Of a DNA stretch of 60,870 nt, positions 18,036-28,069 are shown piece by piece (position 1 is the stretch's first letter; each line of letters begins with the position of its first letter). A model generated the notes under the pieces. The model saw only the letters and a program-made list of their open reading frames with translations. It was not told the origin of the DNA and made no database searches. The translations under genes were made by a program, and so were the position numbers. Source of the DNA: an uncultured Clostridia bacterium (GTDB lineage: Bacteria; Bacillota; Clostridia; TANB77; CAG-465); the NCBI GenBank assembly GCA_947631415.1, contig CANRLG010000005.1, positions 1 through 60,870 on the forward strand, in the 5' to 3' direction.

Positions 18036-18815
18036 ATGATAGATATAGACAATGCAAAAATAGTATTTAAAGAATATGTAAGTAATTATGATATAACTAA
18101 TGGAAGAATAAAGCTAAAAATGGAACATATACTTCATGTAGCACAAAATTGTAAATTAATTGCACAAAATCTAGGACTAGATGAAGAAAAAGTAAAACTT
18201 GCTGAACTAATAGGATTTTTTCATGATATAGGAAGATTTGAACAAGCAAGAGTATATGATACTTTTAGTGATAGAGATAGTGGTATAGACCATGCAAGTT
18301 ACAGTCTAAAAGTGCTATATGAAGATGGTTTGATAGATAAATTTATTGATACAAATGAATATGATGATATAATAAAAAAAGCTGTATATAATCATAATAA
18401 AGCAAAAATAGATGAAGATGTTGAAGGAGAGGCTTTGTTATTTTCTAAAATAATTCGTGATGCAGATAAACTGGATATATATCGTGTAATGAACGAAGAT
18501 GAAATGATAGATATTTTTTGGTACAAAGATTTCCAAAATCAAGAAATGAGTGAAGCATTATTTGAAGAATTTGTAAAAGAAAGATTTGTTAATTATAAGC
18601 ATATACATAATAATGCAGACCAAATACTTGCTTTTTACAGTTATCTTTTTGATTTTAATTATCCATTTTGTTTGAAGATAATAAGTGATAAAAAATATTT
18701 AGAGTCTTTCTATAACAGAGTAGTTGAAACATTTAAAAGTGATTCTATAACTCAAAAGACAAAGGAAGTATTAGAAATGTGTAATAACTATATAAAAGAA
18801 AAAATAAATGAATAA
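18036..18815 (+). CDS. HD-domain phosphohydrolase
   Basis: HD motif FFHDIGRFEQ and downstream IRDADKLDI. Confidence 0.7.
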   Translation: MIDIDNAKIVFKEYVSNYDITNGRIKLKMEHILHVAQNCKLIAQNLGLDEEKVKLAELIGFFHDIGRFEQARVYDTFSDRDSGIDHASYSLKVLYEDGLIDKFIDTNEYDDIIKKAVYNHNKAKIDEDVEGEALLFSKIIRDADKLDIYRVMNEDEMIDIFWYKDFQNQEMSEALFEEFVKERFVNYKHIHNNADQILAFYSYLFDFNYPFCLKIISDKKYLESFYNRVVETFKSDSITQKTKEVLEMCNNYIKEKINE

Positions 18816-18850
18816 AAAAAGAGCATTCTCACTTAAGAGAGTGCTCTTTA
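18814..18850. terminator. bidirectional terminator between convergent genes
   Basis: 11-bp stem AGAGCATTCTC/GAGAGTGCTCT flanked by A7 on the left (T7 on the minus strand) and TTTA on the right. Confidence 0.6.
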
Positions 18851-18858
18851 TAGTATAA

Positions 18859-19464
18859 TTACATTTTTAAAACATCTTTACTTAATGATTGACCAATCAT
18901 AAATAATAAGATACAGATAAATAAGGTAACTACGATTGTTATCATACTTGTTATTATTGCACGAATAAAAGTAAGTTTTTTAGGTCCTAAATGAATTTCA
19001 GTTAAAGCCTTTTTAGAGTTTCCAAAAGTTATATCTTTCTTAAAGATTTTTTTAGATAAGAATGATATAAATTTCTTTAATGAAAATCTAACTGAACCTG
19101 TGACACGTTGGTAGTTAATATTTACAGTGTAATATGTAAATGATTGTAAAAAAGTGCCGATTATAAATGTTGAAATTAAAGGTTTAATTATAACATATTT
19201 ATATTGTTCAAGTAGAGCATGGTCAAAAATCATTGAAAATAAAATATCTAATGAATTATTGTCCATTGCTTTATTTATTGTGTTAAAGCATCCAAGTAGT
19301 AATAATACCCATAGAGCAACAGTAAGTGTTGCGGGTATAAATAATTTTTTAGATTCGTAGTTATATAATGTAGTAATCATAAGAGCAAGCTTCATAGAAG
19401 TGTCTACAATTACTATGAGTAGTAGTGCAACAAGAATTACTACTAAAATTGTAATAAGCCACAT
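18859..19464 (-). CDS. hypothetical polytopic membrane protein
   Basis: 201-aa ORF with 4-5 hydrophobic segments, 31 nt downstream of the GT4 gene on the same strand. Confidence 0.55.
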   Translation of the reverse strand: MWLITILVVILVALLLIVIVDTSMKLALMITTLYNYESKKLFIPATLTVALWVLLLLGCFNTINKAMDNNSLDILFSMIFDHALLEQYKYVIIKPLISTFIIGTFLQSFTYYTVNINYQRVTGSVRFSLKKFISFLSKKIFKKDITFGNSKKALTEIHLGPKKLTFIRAIITSMITIVVTLFICILLFMIGQSLSKDVLKM

Positions 19465-19495
19465 AATTTATCACATCCTATTTCTATATCTATTT

Positions 19496-20746
19496 CTATT
19501 TCTTTGCTATCATTTGTAGTTTCTTTTTAATTGTGCTATATATTGTTTTTTTCTTTTCTTTGTTTTTTTCTTTATTTAATTTTATCATTTCAGAGTATAT
19601 AGTTTCTAATTTTTCTCCAAATTTTTCTGAAGAAAAATCATTTGCAGTTTCAAGTCCATTAGATATTAAAGTATCTCTTAAATCTTTATCATCTAATACT
19701 CTAATTATTGCATCACTAAATTCACTATTGTTGTGAACAAATATACCATTTTTTTCATTAGTAATAAATTCTGTAAGATTAGGTGCATATTTACAAACAA
19801 CAGGAGTACTTGCTGCCATAGCTTCAATAAATGTTAAACCTTGTGTTTCAGTAAGAGAAGCATTAACAAATACATCTGCCATATTATAGTATTTTGGTAC
19901 TTCTACCCAAGGAATTTTACCTGTAAATATTACTTTATCTTGAATATTTAATTTTTTGACTTGGGCTTTTAAATCTTCCTCTTGTGGTCCGTAACCTGCA
20001 ATTACAAATTTTACTTTGTTATATTTTTTGAAAAGCTCTGGCATTTGGTCAATAATAACATCTATACTTTTTTCATCTGCTATTCTACCTAAAAATAGAA
20101 TAACTTTTTCATCTTTAGCAATACCAAGAGAAGTTTTTAAGTTAAGTCTATCTTCATCTGTAAAGTTTTCTGCTTTAAAAGGTACAATATCTATTCCTGT
20201 TGGAACAACGTATATTGGTTTATTTTGAACTTTACATTCATTTTTTAGGTATTCAGCTGTTTTTTTTGAAGGTGCTATTACACAACTTGCTTTTCTAACA
20301 AAAGTCTTAGAAAAATTTCTTACAACCTTTTTAAGATTTGAATGATTACCTTTAAATGGTGAAATATAATGTAGATAGTCTTCCCACATAGTGTGGTAAG
20401 TGTGAATAAATGGTATATTCATTTTTCTTGACATTATCTTTCCAAATAGTCCAAGAGAAAACTCATCTTGAGTATGAACTACATCTATACCCAGTTCTTT
20501 TACTCTTTTTGCTACTTCTCTTGAATAAAAAGTTGCAATTCTATACTTATATTCTTTTGCAATTAATAGAGGAATACTTCTTACCATATAAAGAGTTTGA
20601 TTATCGTTTGGTTGAATTGCTTTAGTAGGAGCAAAAACATATACTTCATGTCCTCTTTTTTTCATTTCTTGTTCAACCATATTTATAGATGTAACTACCC
20701 CAGAAGTAGTGGGATTATACGCATCTGTAAAAATACCAATCTTCAT
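19496..20746 (-). CDS. family-4 glycosyltransferase, alpha-monoglucosyl-diacylglycerol-synthase-like
   Basis: N-terminus MKIGIFTDAYNPTTSGVVTSI...GHEVYVFAP and C-terminal E-x7-E region (TETQGLTFIEAMA) typical of GT4 glycolipid synthases. Confidence 0.7.
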   Translation of the reverse strand: MKIGIFTDAYNPTTSGVVTSINMVEQEMKKRGHEVYVFAPTKAIQPNDNQTLYMVRSIPLLIAKEYKYRIATFYSREVAKRVKELGIDVVHTQDEFSLGLFGKIMSRKMNIPFIHTYHTMWEDYLHYISPFKGNHSNLKKVVRNFSKTFVRKASCVIAPSKKTAEYLKNECKVQNKPIYVVPTGIDIVPFKAENFTDEDRLNLKTSLGIAKDEKVILFLGRIADEKSIDVIIDQMPELFKKYNKVKFVIAGYGPQEEDLKAQVKKLNIQDKVIFTGKIPWVEVPKYYNMADVFVNASLTETQGLTFIEAMAASTPVVCKYAPNLTEFITNEKNGIFVHNNSEFSDAIIRVLDDKDLRDTLISNGLETANDFSSEKFGEKLETIYSEMIKLNKEKNKEKKKTIYSTIKKKLQMIAKK

Positions 20747-20992
20747 ATAATATTCAACTCCTTAAATAAATATTACTTTATTGTAACATTTTTTGTCAAA
20801 ATTACAAAAATATTATATATTAAAAACCAAAAAAAGTCAATAAATAAAGGCTTTTTAGATTATTTACATAATTTGTAATAAGACTACATAATTTTATGTT
20901 ACATTATTGACTTAAATTTGTTTTTTATGCTATAATCGAAATATAAGGGGTAATATTAATATATTATTTTTTGTTATAGGAGGATGAATCTA

Positions 20993-21634
20993 ATGAAAAA
21001 AGGTAAGATACTAAGTAGTATAAAAATAAAGGAAATAGTAATACTTGTATTATTTATAGCAATAACTTCTTTTGCAATAATTGAGGTAAAAAATCTATTA
21101 AATCAAGAGAAAATTAAAAATTTAACAGAGCAGATAAAAACATCTACTACTGGAAGTGATGGAAATATACTTGCAAGCCTTGCAGGTAAAGAACCTATAC
21201 GTGTAACAGGTAATGCTATTGCTGTATTAGATATTTCTGCATACGGTATTCGTGGTCAAATAGTTGAAGGAACAGATGATGAAACTTTAAAAAATTATAT
21301 AGGAAAATTTGAAGGTAGCGCAGAACCAGGACAAATAGGTAACTTTGCACTTGCTGCACATAATAATATATATACTGAAATATTTAGAAATTTACACAAA
21401 GTACAAGTTGGAGATAGAATTGTAATAGTAACAAAAACACATGAATACATTTATTCAGTTACATCTACAACTGTTGTAGACCCATCTCAAACAGAAGTAT
21501 TAGATTGGTCAAATAAAAGAGAGATTACTTGTATAACATGTACATCTGCTGCTACAAGAAGAGTTGTAGTTAAAGGTGAACTTGTTTCTGAAAGAGAATT
21601 AAATGAGCAAGAAATTGAAGAAGGTGTTAAATAG
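20993..21634 (+). CDS. sortase (class-E-like by motif)
   Basis: N-terminal TM; GNFALAAHN (His), EITCITCTS (Cys), RRVVVKGEL (Arg); start set at ATG 20993, 9 nt after AGGAGG. Confidence 0.75.
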   Translation: MKKGKILSSIKIKEIVILVLFIAITSFAIIEVKNLLNQEKIKNLTEQIKTSTTGSDGNILASLAGKEPIRVTGNAIAVLDISAYGIRGQIVEGTDDETLKNYIGKFEGSAEPGQIGNFALAAHNNIYTEIFRNLHKVQVGDRIVIVTKTHEYIYSVTSTTVVDPSQTEVLDWSNKREITCITCTSAATRRVVVKGELVSERELNEQEIEEGVK

Positions 21635-22176
21635 TGCCTAAAAAAATAAAGAAAGAAGAAGGCTTTAGTTTTAGTAAAGAGGATAAACTTCTTAGAGTAG
21701 ACAATATTCATTATTTTGTTATTCTTGCAGTAGTTATTCTTGTACTTGTATGTGCGTGTGTTGGTGGATTTGTATATTCAAGGGATAAGTATCACGCACA
21801 TAAAGATGTTGCATTTACAAATTTTGAATATACAGAGAAAACAGATGAAGGCTATATACAATACCAAGTATATCTTGACGATGAAAATAGGGTTTATACA
21901 TATTATATTATGCCAAATGGAGAGACTGTTGAGAAAAAATGGTCTTATGGTAAATATTTAGACTTCAATGAAGAAATGTATGATAGTGGACTTTTTGACC
22001 AAATATTTGGTGCAGAAGTAGAAATAGAAGATGTAGATGTAGACTGGAGTTTAGATGTAAAACTTGTTAATGGTAATACTGTTCACAATTCAAGCAATTT
22101 TGAAGAAAAAGTAGATAAAACTAAATTCTCACAAGTTATTAAAAAATATTTTAATCAGGAGATATTGTATAAATAA
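21634..22176 (+). CDS. hypothetical membrane-anchored protein
   Basis: GTG start overlaps the sortase stop by 1 nt; one TM (YFVILAVVILVLVCACVGGFVY). Confidence 0.5.
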   Translation: MPKKIKKEEGFSFSKEDKLLRVDNIHYFVILAVVILVLVCACVGGFVYSRDKYHAHKDVAFTNFEYTEKTDEGYIQYQVYLDDENRVYTYYIMPNGETVEKKWSYGKYLDFNEEMYDSGLFDQIFGAEVEIEDVDVDWSLDVKLVNGNTVHNSSNFEEKVDKTKFSQVIKKYFNQEILYK

Positions 22177-22385
22177 TGAATTATTTAGTTATAGCAATTT
22201 GTGTAATAGCAATCGTAGCAGCTATAGTATGTAAAGTAAATGGTTTAAGCTTATTTTTACCAACTCTTATCATAATACTTGCAGTTATAGTAGACATTAT
22301 AGTTAATACTATTACACAAAATAAACTTAAAAAGGAAAATACAAATTTAGAAGATATAAAAAACAGTGTAAAAAAGAAAAGTTAA
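22176..22385 (+). CDS. small two-TM membrane protein
   Basis: 69-aa ORF; TAATG overlap with the upstream ORF; followed by a terminator. Confidence 0.5.
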   Translation: MNYLVIAICVIAIVAAIVCKVNGLSLFLPTLIIILAVIVDIIVNTITQNKLKKENTNLEDIKNSVKKKS

Positions 22386-22405
22386 GGTCATCCTTAACTT
22401 TTTTT
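22381..22405 (+). terminator. intrinsic terminator
   Basis: perfect 7-bp stem GTTAAGG/CCTTAAC with 4-nt loop, followed by T7. Confidence 0.7.
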
Positions 22406-22444
22406 GCTTTTTTGAGAGCTTTAATAAAATAAAGCATTATATCT

Positions 22445-22473
22445 TTGACTTTTTACATAAAAAATGGTAAAAT
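22445..22473 (+). promoter_or_regulatory. sigma-A type promoter for der
   Basis: TTGACT (22445-22450), 17-nt spacer, TGgTAAAAT extended -10 (22468-22473). Confidence 0.6.
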
Positions 22474-22522
22474 GTTACTCGTGTATATAAGAGAATAAAT
22501 AAAAAAGGAGGCGAAAAGAAAA

Positions 22523-23851
22523 ATGCCAAAAAAGGTAGTTGCAATAGTTGGAAGACCAAACGTAGGAAAATCTACATTATTTAATGCATTATCTGGTGAA
22601 AAAATATCTATAGTAAAAGATGTTCCTGGTGTAACAAGAGATAGAATATATGCAGATTGTAATTGGCGTGGTATAACATTTCAAATGATAGATACTGGAG
22701 GTATTGAGCCAGAGTCTGAAGATGTTATTTTAAAGCAAATGAGAAGACAAGCAGAACTTGCTATGGATATTGCAGATGTAATAGTATTTATAACTGATGT
22801 TAAAGCAGGTGTTACAGTTTCAGATGAAGAAGTAGCACAGATGCTTAGAAGAACTAAAAAACCAGTTATACTTGTATGTAATAAATGCGATAGAGTAGGT
22901 GCTCCACCAGATGAAATATATGAATTTTATAATCTAGGTTTAGGTGATCCACTTCCAATTTCTGCAGGAAAAAAACTTGGAATTGGTGAGTTACTTGATG
23001 CTATTTACGATAATTTTGGAGAAGTAGAAAATGAAATTGAAGATGAAGAAACAATACGTGTAGCTGTAATTGGAAAACCAAACGCAGGAAAATCTTCTTT
23101 AATAAATAGAATACTTGGAGAAGAAAGAGTTATAGTATCAGATATTGCAGGAACAACTAGAGATTCTATTGATACATATTTTAAAAATTCAGATGGTAAA
23201 TATGTATTTGTAGATACAGCAGGAATAAGAAGAAAAAATAAAGTTTATGATAAATTAGAAAAATATTCTGTACTTAAAGCCAAATCTGCAATAGAAAAAG
23301 CAAATGTATGCTTAATTATGATTGATGCAACAGAAGGTGTAACAGAACAAGATGAAAAAATTGCAGGACTTGCACATGAAGGTGGAAAAGGTGTTATAAT
23401 AGTAATAAATAAGTGGGACTTAGTGGAAAAAGAGACTAATACACTTGAAAAATATAAAAAACAAGTGTATGATAAACTATCATACCTAAGTTATGCACCT
23501 ATTATATTTATTTCTACTGTAACAGGTCAAAGAGTAGATAAACTTTTTGAAATGATTAACGAGGTAGACAAAGAAAATAGTAAAAGAATTTCAACAGGAC
23601 TTCTTAATGATGTCTTGGCGGATGCGGTAACTATTACTCAACCTCCATCAGATAAAGGTAGAAGACTAAAAGTATATTATATGACTCAAGTTTCAACAAG
23701 ACCACCAACATTTGTTATCTTTGTTAATTCAAAAGAATTAATGCATTTTTCTTATGTAAGATATATAGAAAATCATTTAAGAAAACAATTCGGTTTTAAA
23801 GGAACACCAATTCATATTATTATACGTGAAAGAAAAAAAGGTGAAGAATAA
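22523..23851 (+). CDS. der: ribosome-associated GTPase Der/EngA
   Basis: two G-domains (GRPNVGKST and GKPNAGKSS P-loops, DTGG/DTAG, NKCD/NKWD) plus a KH-like C-terminus. Confidence 0.95.
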   Translation: MPKKVVAIVGRPNVGKSTLFNALSGEKISIVKDVPGVTRDRIYADCNWRGITFQMIDTGGIEPESEDVILKQMRRQAELAMDIADVIVFITDVKAGVTVSDEEVAQMLRRTKKPVILVCNKCDRVGAPPDEIYEFYNLGLGDPLPISAGKKLGIGELLDAIYDNFGEVENEIEDEETIRVAVIGKPNAGKSSLINRILGEERVIVSDIAGTTRDSIDTYFKNSDGKYVFVDTAGIRRKNKVYDKLEKYSVLKAKSAIEKANVCLIMIDATEGVTEQDEKIAGLAHEGGKGVIIVINKWDLVEKETNTLEKYKKQVYDKLSYLSYAPIIFISTVTGQRVDKLFEMINEVDKENSKRISTGLLNDVLADAVTITQPPSDKGRRLKVYYMTQVSTRPPTFVIFVNSKELMHFSYVRYIENHLRKQFGFKGTPIHIIIRERKKGEE

Positions 23852-23875
23852 TTAATTTAAGAAAGGAAGATATTT

Positions 23876-24793
23876 ATGGAAAAATTAATTTTCGGACATA
23901 AGAGTCCAGATACTGATACTATATGTTCATCATTAGTACTTGCAAATTTAAGAACAAAACTTGGAGATAGTGTTAAAGCATGTCGTTTAGGCGAACCAAA
24001 TAAAGAAACAAAGTATGCTTTAGATTATCTAAATGTACAAGCACCACAACTTATCTGTGAAGTTGAAAAAGACCAAGAAGTAATTTTAGTAGACCACAAC
24101 GAATTTTCTCAAAGTGCAGATGGTATTAAAAATGCTAAAATTAAAATGGTTGTAGACCATCACAGAATAAATGATTTTGAGACTGCAGAGCCTCTATATT
24201 ATAGAGCAGAACCTGTAGGATGTACTTGTACAATATTATATAAAATGTATAAAGAAAATAATGTTGAAATAGATAAAACAATGGCAGGATTAATGCTTAG
24301 TGCTATTATTTCAGATACATTACTTTTAAAATCTCCTACAAAAACTGTTGAAGATGAAAAAGCTGTAGAAGAACTTGCTAAAATTGCACAAATAGACTAT
24401 AAGGAGTATGGTCTAGAAATGTTAAAAGCAGGAACAGATTTAAGTGATTTATCTGCAGAAGAACTTATTTCTTTAGATTGCAAAGAATGTTCACTTAATG
24501 ATAAAAAAGCAAAAATTGCACAAGTAAATAGTGCAGATATTTCTGTTATGCTTGCTAGAAAAGCAGAAATAGAAGAAGCTATGAAAAAAGACATTGAACA
24601 AAATGGAGTAGACTTATTTGTATTTGTAATAACAGATATAATTGAAAGTAATTCACAAGCTATTGTACTTGGTAAAGAAACTTCAATTTTTGAAAGAGCT
24701 TTTGGAGTAGCTCTTGAAAATGATGAAGCATATCTTCCAGGAGTAGTATCAAGAAAAAAACAAATACTACCACCTTTACAAAATAATGTTTAA
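23876..24793 (+). CDS. ppaC: manganese-dependent inorganic pyrophosphatase (family II, DHH)
   Basis: GHKSPDTDTICS, VVDHHR and DHHA2 C-terminal half. Confidence 0.9.
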   Translation: MEKLIFGHKSPDTDTICSSLVLANLRTKLGDSVKACRLGEPNKETKYALDYLNVQAPQLICEVEKDQEVILVDHNEFSQSADGIKNAKIKMVVDHHRINDFETAEPLYYRAEPVGCTCTILYKMYKENNVEIDKTMAGLMLSAIISDTLLLKSPTKTVEDEKAVEELAKIAQIDYKEYGLEMLKAGTDLSDLSAEELISLDCKECSLNDKKAKIAQVNSADISVMLARKAEIEEAMKKDIEQNGVDLFVFVITDIIESNSQAIVLGKETSIFERAFGVALENDEAYLPGVVSRKKQILPPLQNNV

Positions 24794-24807
24794 AAAATAA
24801 TATAAAA

Positions 24808-24845
24808 GTAATTGGCAAAACTACATTGCTAATTGCTTTTTTTTT
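24808..24845 (+). terminator. probable intrinsic terminator
   Basis: 9-bp stem GTAATTGGC/GCTAATTGC (two G-U pairs), followed by a T9 run. Confidence 0.5.
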
Positions 24846-25023
24846 ATGAGAAAAAAATATTTACAAATTATTTTTATATATGATATACTCACTAAGGGAA
24901 ACACAAAAACAAACGAAATATTAAAATTAGATAAAAATATATAAAATATTACATATTGAATTGAAAATTTACTTTTATTCTGATAATATTTCAAAGAATA
25001 ATATTGAAATGGAGGATAAGAAA

Positions 25024-25701
25024 ATGAAACTAATAGACCCAGTTATTTACGTTGAAGATTACGACGGAAAAAAGATTATGAAAAGAATAGAAAGAGCTTG
25101 TAGGACTTGCTATAGGTCAGAAGATAAAATAAGTGAAGATAGTTACAAGCACTTATTGAAGAACTGTATAAATAGAGGTCATGAATCAATACTTGAACAT
25201 GAAAAAGTATCAGTTAGAATGATTTGTGATATTGGAGTATACAAAGACTTAACAAGACACAGATTTGCTAGTTTTTCTATTGAAAGCACAAGATATTGTA
25301 ATTATGGAAAAGATAAATTTGATAACGAGATTAAATTTATTAAACCAAGCCATATAGATGAAGGTACTCAAGAATATGAAATTTGGAAAGATACAATGGA
25401 AAATATAGAAAAATCATATATTAAATTATCTGAAATCGGTGGAAAACCAGACCAATTACGTATGCTTTTACCTCATAGTACGGCAGCAGAAGTTAATATG
25501 ACAGCAAATATTAGAGAATGGAAACACATACTTTCATTAAGAGCAAGTAAACATGCTCATCCATCAATTAGACAACTTTTAATACCACTTCTTTTAAAAT
25601 TTAAAGAAGATATGCCAGAACTTTTTGATGAGATAGAGTATGATACAGATTTCGAACCAGAAAAGTATGCAAAGTTAAAGTCTTTTGAAGAAGATGAGTA
25701 G
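25024..25701 (+). CDS. thyX: FAD-dependent thymidylate synthase
   Basis: ThyX motif RHRFASFSIESTRY; start set at ATG 25024 after GGAGG, not TTG 24961. Confidence 0.9.
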   Translation: MKLIDPVIYVEDYDGKKIMKRIERACRTCYRSEDKISEDSYKHLLKNCINRGHESILEHEKVSVRMICDIGVYKDLTRHRFASFSIESTRYCNYGKDKFDNEIKFIKPSHIDEGTQEYEIWKDTMENIEKSYIKLSEIGGKPDQLRMLLPHSTAAEVNMTANIREWKHILSLRASKHAHPSIRQLLIPLLLKFKEDMPELFDEIEYDTDFEPEKYAKLKSFEEDE

Positions 25702-25878
25702 AGAAAATAAAAAAAATAACGGAATTCAGTATATTTCGTTATTTTTGCTATGTAAAAATTGAAAAATAAAAGATTTATATAACTTTATTTATATATAATT
25801 GAAAAAAGAAAAAAAATACTATATAATGAGTTTGAGGTAATGATTGAAAACCATATATTTTTTAAGGAGGTATTTGAT

Positions 25879-27087
25879 ATGGGATTAATTAAAGCAGCAG
25901 TTGGAGCAATAGGCTCAACATTACATGACCAATGGAAAGAGGTTATATCTTGTGAAAACATGGATAATGATACACTTATGAAACAAGTAACAACAGACAC
26001 AGGTGTTATCACAAAAAATAGTTTAATTAGGGTTATGCCTGGACAATGTGCAATTATTATGCAAAATGGTAAAGTTTTAGATGCATCAGCAGAAGAAGGA
26101 GACTATGTATATGATGAATCTGTTTCACCATCTTTCTTTGCAGGACAATTTGGTCCAGTATTTAAAGAAATGTGGCAAAGATTTACTTATGGTGGTTCAG
26201 CAGCTAACAGACAAGCAGTTTTCTATTTCAATACAAAAGAGATAATAGATAACAAGTTTGGAACTGCAAATCCTGTTCCATTCCAAGACTGGTCTCATCC
26301 AGTACCAAACCAAATGACAGGTGGAATGCTACCTTTAGCAGTTAAAGTAAAATGCTTTGGTAAATATACATTTAAAATTTCAGACCCATCACTATTTATG
26401 AAAGAAATTGCTGGAACAGCAACAGAATTCAAAAAAGATCAACTTGTAGAACAAATGAGGTCAGAAGTTATTGGTACATTCCAAAATGTATTAAATGAAC
26501 TTGGAACAGAAAAATATAAAATTCCTGTATTAGAACTTCCAAGCCAAACAGATGAAATTAAACAATTAATGGATTCTAAGGTTTTTGATGAAAAGATAAG
26601 AGAAAGAGGATTAAGCATTGTTGGATTTGTTGTTGAATCAGTAACATTAGATGAAAAATCTGAAGAATATATTAACAACTACATTCTTAGTGCTAATGCT
26701 CAAATGCAACAAGGAACACTTGTTGGCTCATATTCACAAGCTGTTAAAGATGCAGCAAATAATGCAAATGGTGCAGCTGCAGGTGTTATGGGAATAGGTA
26801 TGATGAATATGGCAGGAAACGGAGTATTTAGTAATGCTAATCAAAATGCAGCAGTTGGTGCAGCAGCTTCAGCACAAGCAGTAGCAAGTCAACAAGCACA
26901 ACAACCAGCTCCAGAAACTAAAAAAGATACATGGAAATGTCCAAATTGTGGTAAAGAAAATGATGGTAAATTCTGTAACGAATGTGGAGCTAAAAAACCA
27001 GAAGCTGCAAAATGTTCTAATTGTGGTAAGGAATTACCTGCAGGAACAAAATTCTGTCCTGAATGTGGAACAAAAGTTGGAGAATAA
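25879..27087 (+). CDS. SPFH-domain (YdjI-like) protein with Ala/Gln-rich linker and C-terminal double zinc ribbon
   Basis: MGLIKAAVGA N-terminus after AAGGAGG; C-terminus CPNCG...FCNECG...CSNCG...FCPECG (four CxxC); architecture as in B. subtilis YdjI. Confidence 0.75.
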   Translation: MGLIKAAVGAIGSTLHDQWKEVISCENMDNDTLMKQVTTDTGVITKNSLIRVMPGQCAIIMQNGKVLDASAEEGDYVYDESVSPSFFAGQFGPVFKEMWQRFTYGGSAANRQAVFYFNTKEIIDNKFGTANPVPFQDWSHPVPNQMTGGMLPLAVKVKCFGKYTFKISDPSLFMKEIAGTATEFKKDQLVEQMRSEVIGTFQNVLNELGTEKYKIPVLELPSQTDEIKQLMDSKVFDEKIRERGLSIVGFVVESVTLDEKSEEYINNYILSANAQMQQGTLVGSYSQAVKDAANNANGAAAGVMGIGMMNMAGNGVFSNANQNAAVGAAASAQAVASQQAQQPAPETKKDTWKCPNCGKENDGKFCNECGAKKPEAAKCSNCGKELPAGTKFCPECGTKVGE

Positions 27088-27102
27088 TATATTTAAGTAT
27101 TT

Positions 27103-27130
27103 AAAAGCTAGGATTTCCTAGCTTTTATTT
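27103..27130 (+). terminator. intrinsic terminator
   Basis: AAAAGCTAGG / CCTAGCTTTT stem with 4-nt loop and T-rich tail. Confidence 0.6.
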
Positions 27131-27201
27131 CTTGTATAGAAAAGTAATTTAAAATACAAATAAAATCTAGTATATAGATAGTGTTATTCTTGTATATTTT
27201 C

Positions 27202-27230
27202 TTGACTTTAGCAAACAATTATAGTATAAT
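27202..27230 (+). promoter_or_regulatory. sigma-A type promoter for the suf operon
   Basis: TTGACT (27202-27207), exact 17-nt spacer, TATAAT (27225-27230); followed by a small palindrome GTTAG-N6-CTAAC. Confidence 0.65.
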
Positions 27231-27304
27231 GTTAGTCGAAACTAACATTTTAAATTATCCTTATTTTTCAAGGATTTTTTTAAGTATATAAAAAGGAGAA
27301 TAAA

Positions 27305-28069
27305 ATGGATACATTATTAAAAATAAAAGACCTATATGTAAACGCAGAAGACAAAGAAATATTAAAAGGACTTAATTTAGAAATTGGAAAAGGTGAAATT
27401 CATGTAGTAATGGGACCAAATGGAGCAGGTAAATCTACACTTGCAAATTCAATTTTTAATAATCCTCAATATGTAAAAAAGTCTGGAAGTATAGAATTTG
27501 AAGGAGAAGATATTACTAATTCAAAAACAGATGAAATTGCAAGAAAAGGAATATTTATGTCTTTTCAATCTCCAGAGGAAATTCCAGGAGTATCTGTTGA
27601 AAATTTTTTGAGATTTGCTAAAAGTAAAGTTACTCAAGAACCAGTAAAAGCCTTTGCATTTAGAAAAGAAATGAAAGATTATATGACAAAATTAAAAATG
27701 AATCAAAATTATGCTAAAAGAGACTTAAATGTAGGTTTTTCTGGTGGTGAAAAGAAGAAAAACGAAATATTACAACTTTTAATGCTTAATCCAAAACTTG
27801 CTATACTAGATGAAACAGACTCAGGTCTAGATGTAGATGCTGTTAAGACAGTTTCTGAAGGTATAAAGATGTTTAAAAATAGCGAGAACTCAGTTTTAAT
27901 TATTACTCATAATGCAAAGATATTAAACGAACTAGATATAGATTATGTACATATTTTAGTAGATGGAAAAATAGTAAAAACTGGTGGAAGCGAACTAGTA
28001 GGACAAATAGAACAAGAAGGATTTGCACAATATAGAGTTGGAGAAGAAGAATATGAAGAAGAAAACTAA
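27305..28069 (+). CDS. sufC: Fe-S cluster assembly ATPase SufC
   Basis: Walker A GPNGAGKST, signature FSGGEKKKNE, Walker B LDETDSGLD. Confidence 0.95.
   Translation: MDTLLKIKDLYVNAEDKEILKGLNLEIGKGEIHVVMGPNGAGKSTLANSIFNNPQYVKKSGSIEFEGEDITNSKTDEIARKGIFMSFQSPEEIPGVSVENFLRFAKSKVTQEPVKAFAFRKEMKDYMTKLKMNQNYAKRDLNVGFSGGEKKKNEILQLLMLNPKLAILDETDSGLDVDAVKTVSEGIKMFKNSENSVLIITHNAKILNELDIDYVHILVDGKIVKTGGSELVGQIEQEGFAQYRVGEEEYEEEN

Noticed and set aside
20410-20878. + strand ORFs 20410-20625 and 20597-20878 overlapping the 5' end of the minus-strand GT4 gene
   Set aside because: They are antisense or promoter-region artefacts with low-complexity Leu/Phe/Ile-rich translations. The GT4 reading frame is clearly the real one.
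21740-21961. 73-aa + strand ORF in an alternative frame inside ORF 21634-22176, and 49712-49918 (minus) overlapping the thermonuclease 3' end
   Set aside because: Both are fully nested in better-supported ORFs, in a different frame, with no RBS and a low-complexity composition.
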